Positions 1 through 12,159 of a stretch of 64,000 bases of DNA are shown here, in pieces. The DNA lies in NCBI GenBank assembly GCA_964636275.1, contig CAZWRN010000003.1:4423-68422 (forward strand), in the 5' to 3' direction. The DNA is from an uncultured Gammaproteobacteria bacterium (GTDB lineage: Bacteria > Patescibacteriota > Microgenomatia > Daviesbacterales > UBA10151). The notes beneath the pieces were generated by a model. It saw only the letters and a program-made list of their open reading frames with translations. It was not told the DNA's origin and made no database searches. The position numbers and the translations under genes were made by a program. The first letter of the stretch is position 1. Each line of letters opens with the position of its first letter.

Positions 1-50
1 TCATCGATAAATTATAGTCGAAACAGCCAGCTAGTTCAAACTATAAGTTA

Positions 51-682
51 TTATATTTTGCCGGCGAGGGGATTTTTGGCACGGATCTCTTTATTGGTAA
101 TTTTGCCCGAACTATCTACCTCATACACATAGGCTTCTCCTATGCCAAATTCAAGCGCCATCAGTTGATCTATAGATAAATCTTCCAAATACTTCACTAA
201 AGCGCGTAGTGAGTTGCCATGAGCAGCTAAAATCACATTTTTACCCTCTTTTAAAAGCGGTAATACGGTATCTTCATAAAAAGGAACTACTCTTTCATAA
301 ACTTTTTTCATGGTTTCACCTTCAGGAATTGGATGTTCCCAGCCTCTTCGGATATTTTGAAACTCTTCCTCCCCCACCTCTTCTTTAACTTCCCATTTAT
401 TTTTGCCGGTATATATTCCGTAATCTCTTTCATTTAAAGCTGCTGTTTGAGTAGTTGGCACATTAGTCTGGCCAATTTCATTAAATATGATTTCAAGTGT
501 TTGCTGAGCTCTTTTAAGTTTTGATACAAAAGCTTGATCGATCTGGATATCTTTTAAAGCCTCTGCTGTTGTTTTAGCGTCCTCTCTACCCTGATCATTC
601 AGGTCAACATCAGTCCAACCAGTCCATTTTCCCAACACATTCCATTCAGATTTAGAATGTCTCACGAGAATCAATTTAGCCA

Positions 683-683
<1 letters not shown>
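51..683 (-). CDS. gpmA: 2,3-bisphosphoglycerate-dependent phosphoglycerate mutase
   Basis: N-terminal LVRHSKSEWN histidine-phosphatase motif and dPGM-like length (210 aa). Its ATG overlaps the eno stop codon (TAATG). Confidence 0.85.
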
Positions 684-1978
<1,295 letters not shown>

Positions 1979-2017
1979 CTATAATAGTCCTGTCATTTAA
2001 ATTTGGCAACCCAGAAT

Positions 2018-3442
2018 TTAAAAATACTGATCTGGCAGGTCATTTTCAATCAAAATCACTGCATCTTTTTGAGCATTTTTATAAACAAAATCCAGAGCAT
2101 GAGAAGTGGATGACAGAAAATGAGCTTGATCCATCGGAAATGATCCCTCATTGAGTCCTTGCTTAAGTGCCTCTCTGGCGTATTCTCCTACGACAATAAC
2201 TAAATCAGCAACTTGAGCGATCTCTTTTCCTAGTAATCTATTTTCTACTTCACTCTGCTCACCTAGTTCAACTAGACCCGGTGTGATGACTATTTTCTGG
2301 CTACCGGGAGTAGATTTAAGCAGTTTAAGAGAAGCTCGAGCTGCTGTTGGATTGGTATTGTAAGAGTTATCAATAATTGTGAGATGACCAGCTTTTTTCA
2401 CTTCCAGACGGTGCTCAGTCGGCAAAATAAGTGCGGCTCGCTCCTGAATAGTTTTTAGTGGCAATCCCAACTGATAGGCAATGGCTGCTGCCGCTGCAAA
2501 ATTTATCGCATGATTTTCTCCAGCTAGAGGTAATTCAATCTTCAGCTTTTCATTTTTTACTCTGAGAATAAATTGAGTTGAATTGGTGTGCACTTTAATA
2601 TCCAGTGCTTGGACATCTCGGCCTTCTTTGGCTCCAAAAAAGACCTGTTTAATCCCGTCATATTCAGGATAAAGCTGATTAGTCCATTCATCATCAGCAT
2701 TTAAGAAAAGAAATCCATCCGAAGGGATCGCCTTTGCGAGTTCAAATTGAGTTTTAGCCAAGGCTTCCATTGAGCCAAATCTCTCCAAATGTTGTGCTCC
2801 AATAGCGGTAATAATCCCTAAGTTTGGCCTAATAATTGAACAGAGTTTTTTGATCTCACCAGGATGATAGGCATCCATTTCAACAATAAATATTTGGGTT
2901 GTCTCTTTGACATCCCGCAAAAAAGACCGGGCAATACTGACTTCAGTATTATAACTTTTCGGTGTTTTGACCGTATAAAAGTCTTTCCAAAGCAATGTAT
3001 ACAGCATATTTTTAGTACTGGTTTTGGCAAATGAACCTACTATAGCTACCACCTTAAGATCTCTTAGTTGTTTTTGCTTATGACGAACTGAGCGAAAAAG
3101 TTTATTTTTTGAATACGACTCCAATGGAGCAAAAATCAGATTGGCAAATACCAAAAAAAATGGACTAAAAGCTGTATATAACAACAGAAAAAAAGGCAGC
3201 ATCACGAGGCTTTTAAATTGAGTAATACTGGAAGCAAAGGCAAAGAAAATTATCAAGATACAGGAAACAAGATACAAAATGCGGGCTTTAGAGGTCCAAA
3301 CTAAGGTGTGCTTTCGCTGTAAGCCGCGTTTAAACGGATACTTAAAAAACCACTTGATAAAATCCCCGGCTTCATATTCATAGAGCTGATAAATATACAG
3401 ATGATCTGCTATTGGCAATAGTTGGTTAATTAGTTTTCTCAT
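2018..3442 (-). CDS. murF: UDP-MurNAc-tripeptide--D-Ala-D-Ala ligase (MurF-like) with an N-terminal two-TM hydrophobic domain
   Basis: Mur-ligase P-loop GSFAKTSTKN and the MurF C-terminal IDNSYNTNP motif are present. The first ~120 aa contain two predicted TM helices instead of the usual soluble N-domain. Confidence 0.7.
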   Translation of the reverse strand: MRKLINQLLPIADHLYIYQLYEYEAGDFIKWFFKYPFKRGLQRKHTLVWTSKARILYLVSCILIIFFAFASSITQFKSLVMLPFFLLLYTAFSPFFLVFANLIFAPLESYSKNKLFRSVRHKQKQLRDLKVVAIVGSFAKTSTKNMLYTLLWKDFYTVKTPKSYNTEVSIARSFLRDVKETTQIFIVEMDAYHPGEIKKLCSIIRPNLGIITAIGAQHLERFGSMEALAKTQFELAKAIPSDGFLFLNADDEWTNQLYPEYDGIKQVFFGAKEGRDVQALDIKVHTNSTQFILRVKNEKLKIELPLAGENHAINFAAAAAIAYQLGLPLKTIQERAALILPTEHRLEVKKAGHLTIIDNSYNTNPTAARASLKLLKSTPGSQKIVITPGLVELGEQSEVENRLLGKEIAQVADLVIVVGEYAREALKQGLNEGSFPMDQAHFLSSTSHALDFVYKNAQKDAVILIENDLPDQYF

Positions 3443-3519
3443 GTTTACTTTCTGCCTTCAGTTGTCGGCTATCAGCGTCTCTTTTTTTCTGCTAACTGCG
3501 GAAAGCTGATGGCTGATTG

Positions 3520-4272
3520 CTAATTCGCAAAATCTTTCACCCAATAAACAAACATTTTGGGATTATCCAGATGCGGATGATGCCCAGCGCCTTCTATCAT
3601 TTCAAATTTAGATTTTGGAATCATTTTGTATATCTTTCTTCCATTTGCAAGCGATGCTTCCATAGTTGGATCATTTTCGCCCCATAAAAGCAGAGTTTCT
3701 GTTTGGATTTTTTTAATTTCTTTGGTTAAATCTTCATCCAGAATCAATTTAAGTGTCTCTTTCAACTGTCCAGCATTCAAGTAGTCAGATTCAATATTTT
3801 TATAAAAAAAATGTCTGACCAGCTTTTTAATCCCCCAAATTTCCGGAAATAAAACATTAAAAATTTTAGCGCCCATGTAGGCAATAGACTTAAAACCATC
3901 TCGTTTTGGCTTTATACCAGCTGAATCCTCCAAGATTATCTTCTCCGCAATCTCCGGATATTTTGAAACTAGCTTGATGGTAGTACGTCCTCCATGAGAA
4001 TGTCCTAGTATTACTGGTTTTTTGATTTTTAATTCCTCCAAGAAAGCTTTTACTGTTTCAGCATAATCACTGACAGTAAATGGTTTTTTTGGCATTTCAC
4101 TCCGGCCAAAACCAGGCAAATCTACCAGCCAAACTGTAAAATCCTCTTTCAGATCCTGAGCTACCTGCCAAAAAGATGACACATCATTGGCCCAGCCATG
4201 CAGCATGACTAAATCTTGACCCTTACCGATTTTTTGATAATAAACTTCTTGATCATTTACTGTAGTAAACAT
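3520..4272 (-). CDS. alpha/beta-fold hydrolase
   Basis: LVMLHGW...HSHGG nucleophile-elbow pattern; 250 aa. Confidence 0.7.
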   Translation of the reverse strand: MFTTVNDQEVYYQKIGKGQDLVMLHGWANDVSSFWQVAQDLKEDFTVWLVDLPGFGRSEMPKKPFTVSDYAETVKAFLEELKIKKPVILGHSHGGRTTIKLVSKYPEIAEKIILEDSAGIKPKRDGFKSIAYMGAKIFNVLFPEIWGIKKLVRHFFYKNIESDYLNAGQLKETLKLILDEDLTKEIKKIQTETLLLWGENDPTMEASLANGRKIYKMIPKSKFEMIEGAGHHPHLDNPKMFVYWVKDFAN

Positions 4273-4423
4273 ATCTTTATTCTAAATAACTCGCATCAAA
4301 TAATATAGTGCTCTAAACTTTAAAGCTATAGTTTTTGAAATGTAATTATAATACAAAAAGCTTGTTGGATAAAGCTAAATTGGGTAATTGACAACCGCTC
4401 TTCAATAGGAGAATAATAAATAC

Positions 4424-4795
4424 ATGTTCTCACAACTCGGCAATTTTGGTTATAAAAGAACCGCACTTCAAGCCGTTGGTTTTTATATTGCTTATCTAGT
4501 TTTCACTATCATTACTGCTGCCTTAGCTGGCATGGTATTGGGAGGAGTCACTGGAAATAATGATTTTGAATTTGGCAAGAAAGTTGGCATAGTGGTAGCT
4601 ATAGTCATGACACTGGTTTTTTCTTTCCTCATTCTTCAAGCTAAGAAAATGACAAACAACTATATGTATCTGCTTTTGGCAGTAGTTGTTGGTATATTGT
4701 CTTTTGTGGGTGGTGGTCTACTCGGATTAATAATTCCGGCTTATCTGACAACACGAGGTAGCGATTCTTCATCAAAGAAAAAAGGTAAAAAATAA
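4424..4795 (+). CDS. small membrane protein (3 predicted TM) with a Lys-rich C-terminus
   Basis: Hydrophobic segments; AGGAG Shine-Dalgarno sequence 14 nt upstream; no recognisable family. Confidence 0.4.
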   Translation: MFSQLGNFGYKRTALQAVGFYIAYLVFTIITAALAGMVLGGVTGNNDFEFGKKVGIVVAIVMTLVFSFLILQAKKMTNNYMYLLLAVVVGILSFVGGGLLGLIIPAYLTTRGSDSSSKKKGKK

Positions 4796-4805
4796 TCTGT
4801 AAATC

Positions 4806-5219
4806 TTATCTGGCAGTCTCTAGACCTCTCAGAAAAGCAACTTTCCAACCTCTTTGTTCAAGTTTAACAGGAAACTGAAAATGGAGATCAATTGTTGGAG
4901 TGGCAATTGTAGCCGAATCAATTAAAGCATATGTTCTTCCCAGAACTTCACGATGTGTTAACTCTTCTACACTGATAACGTTAAAATGACTCAGTCTGCC
5001 CCCTACCGCAAGCGACATCAAATCCTCAAAGGAAGGTAATGACAAACTTCTTTGATCCTCATCTGTGATCAAATCATAAGCTCTTCTGGCCGGACCTCTT
5101 CTGTTTACATATCCTCCTATACCTGATTCTAACGATGAAACCCATTGATAGCCAAATTCAGATAAGACTCTTTTGGCCGATTCTTCACTTGGTTTTAAAA
5201 GACGATCCGGATGTATCAT
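4806..5219 (-). CDS. hypothetical protein (start trimmed to the internal Met to avoid overlap with murD)
   Basis: The ORF-track call 4806..5339 overlaps the murD 3' end by about 100 nt in another frame. An internal ATG at 5219 leaves a 14-nt overlap. No family recognised. Confidence 0.35.
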   Translation of the reverse strand: MIHPDRLLKPSEESAKRVLSEFGYQWVSSLESGIGGYVNRRGPARRAYDLITDEDQRSLSLPSFEDLMSLAVGGRLSHFNVISVEELTHREVLGRTYALIDSATIATPTIDLHFQFPVKLEQRGWKVAFLRGLETAR

Positions 5220-5232
5220 TGTTGAGGTGAGT

Positions 5233-6552
5233 CTACCGAAAGATTCTGTCAATTGCAAGATTAAACTTTCTTCCGCGGTCAAATTCATTTTGAAAGAAAT
5301 TAAAAGAGGTCGCACCAGGTGAAAAAAGAACGGTATCACCTTCTTTTGCTTCTAGCCTCAAATCTTTGAGCAAAGCATCAAAATCGATATAAGTACTTCT
5401 TTGGATACCGCGATGCTCTATCAGAGGCTTTAGTTTATCGGTAGCTGTCCCATCGATAAAATAGACTGCTTTGACCCGCCGGTCGATTTCATGAGCCAGT
5501 TTCTCATACGGCAACCCTTTATCCATCCCTCCAACGATTAAAATTGGGCTTTTGATCGCCTCCAAAGCCTTGATGGTGGAGTCAGGCATGGTGGATGCTG
5601 AATCATTATATATTTTAATTCCATTTATTTTTTTTATCAGTTGCAGACGAAACTCATTTCCTTCAAACTGATTCATTGATTCCAATGCTTGCTCTTGGCT
5701 TAAACCAAGTTGTAAGGCTACTTTTAATGCTGCAGCATAATTTGCTAAATTGTGATCTCCCAATAAAGTTGGTTCAAAATCCTCAGGCAGATCATCAACT
5801 GAAAAACGGGTGATTTGAGATTTTATTTCAGCTAAAAACTGTTTAGTATCGACCATTGAATCATCCTTTTGAATAAATAACCAGTCTTGAGATGTCTGAT
5901 ACAAACCGATTACTTTTTTAGCCTCTGAGTACTCATCCATTGAGGAATAATAATTGAGATGATCAGGTAAAATATTAGTTATCACAGCAATGTGAGGTGA
6001 GACATGGTGTTTTGCACAAGCTTCTAACTGAAAAGAAGAGAGCTCCAACACAACTTTTGTTTGATCTGAGATAACATCCAGTGAGTCTAAGACACTTTTG
6101 CCGATATTTCCAGCTAATATGACTTCCGGAAAAGCCTCTTTCAAAGCATAATAAATCAGGCTAGAAGTGGTTGACTTACCTTTTGTGCCTGTGACTCCAA
6201 TCATTTGAGATGGTGAGACAAATTGTAAAAAGATGCCGACATCTGTTTCAACAGGTTTTCCAGACTTTTCCGCATAGACTCGGTATTCATTGTCTGGACG
6301 CAATGCTGGATTGCGAATAATAATATCCGCCCAATCAATATCCTCATAGCGATGTTCACCCAAAATATATTGGATATCAGGAAATTCGCCCAGTTTGTCT
6401 AATGAACTTTTAAGAACTTCACGGGTTTTAAGATCTGTAACTCTGACCTGGGCTCCATTTTTGGCAAAAAATCTGGCACTCCCCACTCCCCCTTCATTGA
6501 GTCCAAGCCCTAATATAAGTATTTTTTTGTCTTTAAACTTATCAGTTTGCAT
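5233..6552 (-). CDS. murD: UDP-N-acetylmuramoylalanine--D-glutamate ligase
   Basis: Rossmann-like N-terminus (KILILGLGLNEGG), GVTGTKGKST P-loop; 439 aa. Confidence 0.85.
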   Translation of the reverse strand: MQTDKFKDKKILILGLGLNEGGVGSARFFAKNGAQVRVTDLKTREVLKSSLDKLGEFPDIQYILGEHRYEDIDWADIIIRNPALRPDNEYRVYAEKSGKPVETDVGIFLQFVSPSQMIGVTGTKGKSTTSSLIYYALKEAFPEVILAGNIGKSVLDSLDVISDQTKVVLELSSFQLEACAKHHVSPHIAVITNILPDHLNYYSSMDEYSEAKKVIGLYQTSQDWLFIQKDDSMVDTKQFLAEIKSQITRFSVDDLPEDFEPTLLGDHNLANYAAALKVALQLGLSQEQALESMNQFEGNEFRLQLIKKINGIKIYNDSASTMPDSTIKALEAIKSPILIVGGMDKGLPYEKLAHEIDRRVKAVYFIDGTATDKLKPLIEHRGIQRSTYIDFDALLKDLRLEAKEGDTVLFSPGATSFNFFQNEFDRGRKFNLAIDRIFR

Positions 6553-7099
6553 CTTCTAATTCTTTCAAATACCTACCCAATTTTTCAACCGCCTGCCGCC
6601 TGGGAGACGTTAATGTATATTCATCTTCAGTCATTTCGCCACGAGTTTTATCATAACCATCAGGAATAAATGTCGGATCCCAACCGAAACCACGATCCCC
6701 TTTTGGCTTGGGAGCAATAATCCCTTTCATTACACCCGAAAATATTTTAACTTCTTTACCATCATAATACCCAAAATTAACGCTTGCTGTAGCAGATTTA
6801 TCGGGATAATTATTTACTAACTTACAAATACCTTCTGTTCCTAATTCATGAAGGAAAAATTTGATAAACGGTCCTGGTAGTTTTCCTAAGGCATGATACA
6901 CTACAAAAGTATCCTCCACGACTACTGGTTTTTTTAATTGAGAATATGCTTCTTTTACTTTATGGGTAACAACATCCTCTACATCCAGTGACTGGATTTC
7001 TGTCAAATCAAGCTTAATATGCTCAATTTCAACCCCCAGGTACTTAGACATCAAGTCGGCTTTATTTTTATTACCTGTTACAAATGTGATCTTAGTCAT
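6542..7099 (-). CDS. rdgB: non-canonical purine NTP pyrophosphatase (RdgB/HAM1 ITPase)
   Basis: FVTGNKNK N-terminal motif and the GFGWDP motif characteristic of Ham1/RdgB. Confidence 0.8.
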   Translation of the reverse strand: MTKITFVTGNKNKADLMSKYLGVEIEHIKLDLTEIQSLDVEDVVTHKVKEAYSQLKKPVVVEDTFVVYHALGKLPGPFIKFFLHELGTEGICKLVNNYPDKSATASVNFGYYDGKEVKIFSGVMKGIIAPKPKGDRGFGWDPTFIPDGYDKTRGEMTEDEYTLTSPRRQAVEKLGRYLKELEDAN

Positions 7100-8397
7100 T
7101 GTTTCAAATAATTTCTGGCGATAGCATCAATATCTCCCGCTCCCATGCAAATGACAACATCCATCTGATCCAATCCGATCTCATCCGATTTATCTGATTT
7201 CATCTGTCTCAAGGCTTCTTCAACATCTGATACATAAGTAACTGTTCCCATACCAATTGCCTCCACTAACATTCGTGAACTGATGGTTCCTGGATCGTTT
7301 TCGCGCGAAGCAAAAATATCGGTAATAATGATCTGATCTATCGGGGCTCGCTGTAAAACATCGACAAAATCATCAAACAGCAGCTTGGTTCGAGAGTAAA
7401 GATGAGGTTGAAAAATAAGTCCAATTTTTTTATTCGGATGTTTCTCTCTCGCCGCTTCCAATGTCACAAAGACCTCTCGTGGATGATGTGCAAAATCGGA
7501 ATAATACACCTGTCCGTCTTTTTCACCAATTTTTTCAAACCGCCGACCAATCCCAGTAAAGGAATTAAGGCTCTCTATCATTTGTGATGGCTCAATTTCG
7601 AGCAACAACCCTGCCTGAAAAGCGGCTTTGGCATTGGCGATATTAAACTCCCCTGGCACCTTCAGATCAAAGTCGACATCAATCTTATTAAAATCCATTA
7701 CCTCAATTGAGGATTTTTTCATCGCCCATTTCACCACTTCAGCTACATGAATATCAATCATGTAGGCTACCACCACCTCTTTGGTTTTTACTAAAAAGTC
7801 TTCAAAAGACTGCTCAATATGCTCCATATCTTTAAAAAACTCTAAATGATCTATATCAATGTTGGTGACAATAGTCAGATTGGGCTGATATGACATAAAA
7901 TTGTTGTTGTATTCATCTGCTTCCACTATCAGAAATTTGGACTTCCCTATCCGGTAGTTGGTCCCCCATTCTTTGATTTTAGCGCCAATAACTACAGTTG
8001 GATCCAGCTGGGCATCTGCTAAAATTTTCGCCACCATCGCCGTAGTCGTAGATTTACCATGTGTCCCACAGATAGCAATCACATATTTGTCTTTGGCTAA
8101 ATAAGTTCCTAAAAACTGCTGCCAGGTCATAATCGGCAGCTTGAGCTCTTTAGCAGCCTGCAGCTCAGCATTGTGAGGATCAGCGATTTCGATAGCCGGG
8201 GAAACTATCACCATATCTACCCCTTTCAAATGCCCCATCGAGTGTTCTACAAAAATAGATTCGGGTGTAAATAATGATGAGTATTCCCCTGTCAGATGTC
8301 GGTCACAACCTGTTACTATAAAACCTTGTTCTTTAGCCAAAGCTGCCACAGCTGAGGCTCCGCTTCCTTCGATACCGATAAAATGTAGATGATTCAT
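7096..8397 (-). CDS. murC: UDP-N-acetylmuramate--L-alanine ligase
   Basis: HFIGIEGSGASAVA N-terminus, CGTHGKSTTT P-loop; 433 aa. Confidence 0.85.
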   Translation of the reverse strand: MNHLHFIGIEGSGASAVAALAKEQGFIVTGCDRHLTGEYSSLFTPESIFVEHSMGHLKGVDMVIVSPAIEIADPHNAELQAAKELKLPIMTWQQFLGTYLAKDKYVIAICGTHGKSTTTAMVAKILADAQLDPTVVIGAKIKEWGTNYRIGKSKFLIVEADEYNNNFMSYQPNLTIVTNIDIDHLEFFKDMEHIEQSFEDFLVKTKEVVVAYMIDIHVAEVVKWAMKKSSIEVMDFNKIDVDFDLKVPGEFNIANAKAAFQAGLLLEIEPSQMIESLNSFTGIGRRFEKIGEKDGQVYYSDFAHHPREVFVTLEAAREKHPNKKIGLIFQPHLYSRTKLLFDDFVDVLQRAPIDQIIITDIFASRENDPGTISSRMLVEAIGMGTVTYVSDVEEALRQMKSDKSDEIGLDQMDVVICMGAGDIDAIARNYLKQ

Positions 8398-8454
8398 ATA
8401 GTAAATAGAAATTAGTGATTAGTGATTAGTTTAAATTTTTTTATTCTCTAATCT

Positions 8455-9201
8455 CTATTTACTAATCTCTTTATATAGCCTATTCGCTTCGGCTAATTCT
8501 TCTGGTGTATTCACCCCAAACCATTCTGATTTATTTTGCAGCAGATAAATATTAATCTTTTTCCCCTGATCTTTAGCCATATTCATCAGCTCTGTCAGAT
8601 AATACTCCCCTTTGGTTGAATTTTTTTCAATCTTATCAATATGTTCTTTCAACCAGCTGTAATCAAATAAATAGACTCCGCAATTGACCTCTGAACTAGT
8701 CAGATTGAGCTGAGAATAATCCGAGTATTCTAAAAGCTGGTCAAACTCTCCATTTGCCTTTCGAAAAACTTTGCCCATCCGCTCTTTCTCAGGATCAACC
8801 AGAGTCATCATTGTAATGACTGATTTGGAATCTTCATGCGAAGATATCAACTCACGAAGTGTTGAAGGTGAATAAAAAGCTGAATCATCGCCTCCCACCA
8901 CCAATATCGTTTGGTAGTTGTTTGTCATTTTCTGAATAGCACTTCTGACAGCATCGCCTGTGCCCAATGGTTCAAGTTGCTGGGCAAAATTTACATTAAA
9001 GATCGGTGCGATAGCATCCACAACCTCTTGGGATTTATATGAAACAACAGTAAAAATGTCTGATATCCCTAAAGCCTGAATATTACGAATAGTATGAAAA
9101 ATCATCGGTTCTCCACCAATCTCGTGGAGGACTTTAGGTTTCTCAGATTTCATTCTGGTTCCTTTTCCACCAGCCATTATTACTGCTGCAATCTTTTGCA
9201 T
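8455..9201 (-). CDS. sugar-1-phosphate nucleotidyltransferase resembling only the N-terminal (uridylyltransferase) domain of GlmU
   Basis: MAGGKGTRM and QLEPLGTGDAV motifs plus the EYYLTE signature of the GlmU pyrophosphorylase domain. At 248 aa there is no LbH acetyltransferase domain. Confidence 0.65.
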   Translation of the reverse strand: MQKIAAVIMAGGKGTRMKSEKPKVLHEIGGEPMIFHTIRNIQALGISDIFTVVSYKSQEVVDAIAPIFNVNFAQQLEPLGTGDAVRSAIQKMTNNYQTILVVGGDDSAFYSPSTLRELISSHEDSKSVITMMTLVDPEKERMGKVFRKANGEFDQLLEYSDYSQLNLTSSEVNCGVYLFDYSWLKEHIDKIEKNSTKGEYYLTELMNMAKDQGKKINIYLLQNKSEWFGVNTPEELAEANRLYKEISK

Positions 9202-9264
9202 AAATCAGATTATACTCTTTTTTAGGCTTAAAATAACAATAGATAATTTGGGGAAAGTAGTAGA

Positions 9265-11316
<2,052 letters not shown>

Positions 11317-11442
11317 TTAAGTGGTAAGTGATTAGTTAACAGTAAAAAGTCTAAAAAATCAAGTGAGTGGAGTGTAACAGACTGAAAAAGATTATGCAAC
11401 ATCTTTATGGTAGATTATCCCATTACAACAAGACAATCACCT

Positions 11443-12069
11443 CTATTTTTTAGCTACAGTAAGACTTACCATTAAAAAATCGCTTACAGCTTTAGCCGAA
11501 ACATTTTGATTTATCCATTTCAAACATGTAAGTACTTGTTGTAAATCAGGCATCAACTCCGGATGCTTCGGCAGTTGATCATAATAATAGCTTGCTAGGG
11601 ACTCAACAATACCTTTACGATCCTCTTTTTTCTCAATTTTATCCAATCGATCTTCGATTGAAAGAGAAAGTAAATCAAAGACACCAGATGTATCAATTTT
11701 TATATTATTATCAGACAAATAACGTATCTCACAACGAGACAGTACTGTTGGTAATAGTAAGGTATCAGTAGCAATACCAAGTAATATCAAACAATCACCA
11801 ACTGGTTCTTCAAGAATTTTCAACAAACCATTTTGAGCATCCAATGAGATTGATTCAACTGATTGAAATATAATCACCTTCTTAGTACTACCAGTGCTTT
11901 TCCAAAGCAAATGGCTGCCAATTTTTTTAATCTGTTCAACCCCTATTTTATCTGAAAATACCAAAACATCCGGGTGATTAATATTTAGTCCGTATAAAGT
12001 CAGTTCCTGAGAAATAGCCTGGTTTGTTTGATTTAAATCTGGGCTGATAAAAATGATCGGAAGAGGCAT
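11443..12069 (-). CDS. holB: DNA polymerase III delta-prime-like clamp-loader subunit (short, lacks the Walker A region)
   Basis: LLKILEEP ... LSRC sensor motifs typical of HolB; only 208 aa. Confidence 0.55.
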   Translation of the reverse strand: MPLPIIFISPDLNQTNQAISQELTLYGLNINHPDVLVFSDKIGVEQIKKIGSHLLWKSTGSTKKVIIFQSVESISLDAQNGLLKILEEPVGDCLILLGIATDTLLLPTVLSRCEIRYLSDNNIKIDTSGVFDLLSLSIEDRLDKIEKKEDRKGIVESLASYYYDQLPKHPELMPDLQQVLTCLKWINQNVSAKAVSDFLMVSLTVAKK

Positions 12070-12098
12070 TGTGGTATAAACAACTTATACTACACACA

Positions 12099-12127
12099 TT
12101 GACAGATATAAAGCCCCCTTCCATAAT
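12099..12127 (+). promoter_or_regulatory. sigma70-like promoter (TTGACA-N17-CATAAT) for the pil operon, followed by a 5-bp stem hairpin in the 5' UTR (12139-12153)
   Basis: Hexamers TTGACA at 12099-12104 and CATAAT at 12122-12127. The ACCCG-ttctt-CGGGT hairpin lies just before the pilB ATG. Confidence 0.4.
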
Positions 12128-12159
12128 GTATTAAGACCCGTTCTTCGGGTTTCTGCCTT

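Noticed and set aside
1-50. Hairpin TTATAGT...ACTATAA downstream of gpmA as an intrinsic terminator.
   Set aside because: It is a 7-bp AT-only stem with a 21-nt loop and a weak U-tract. It also lies at the window edge, so the context is missing.
3443-3519. Possible terminator hairpin between the hydrolase gene and murF.
   Set aside because: The stem ATCAGC/GCTGAT has a 27-nt loop and no properly placed U-tract for the minus strand. Not convincing.
5220-5339. 5' part of the ORF 4806..5339 overlapping the murD 3' end.
   Set aside because: The overlap with murD is about 100 nt and is in a different frame. Trimmed to the internal ATG at 5219.
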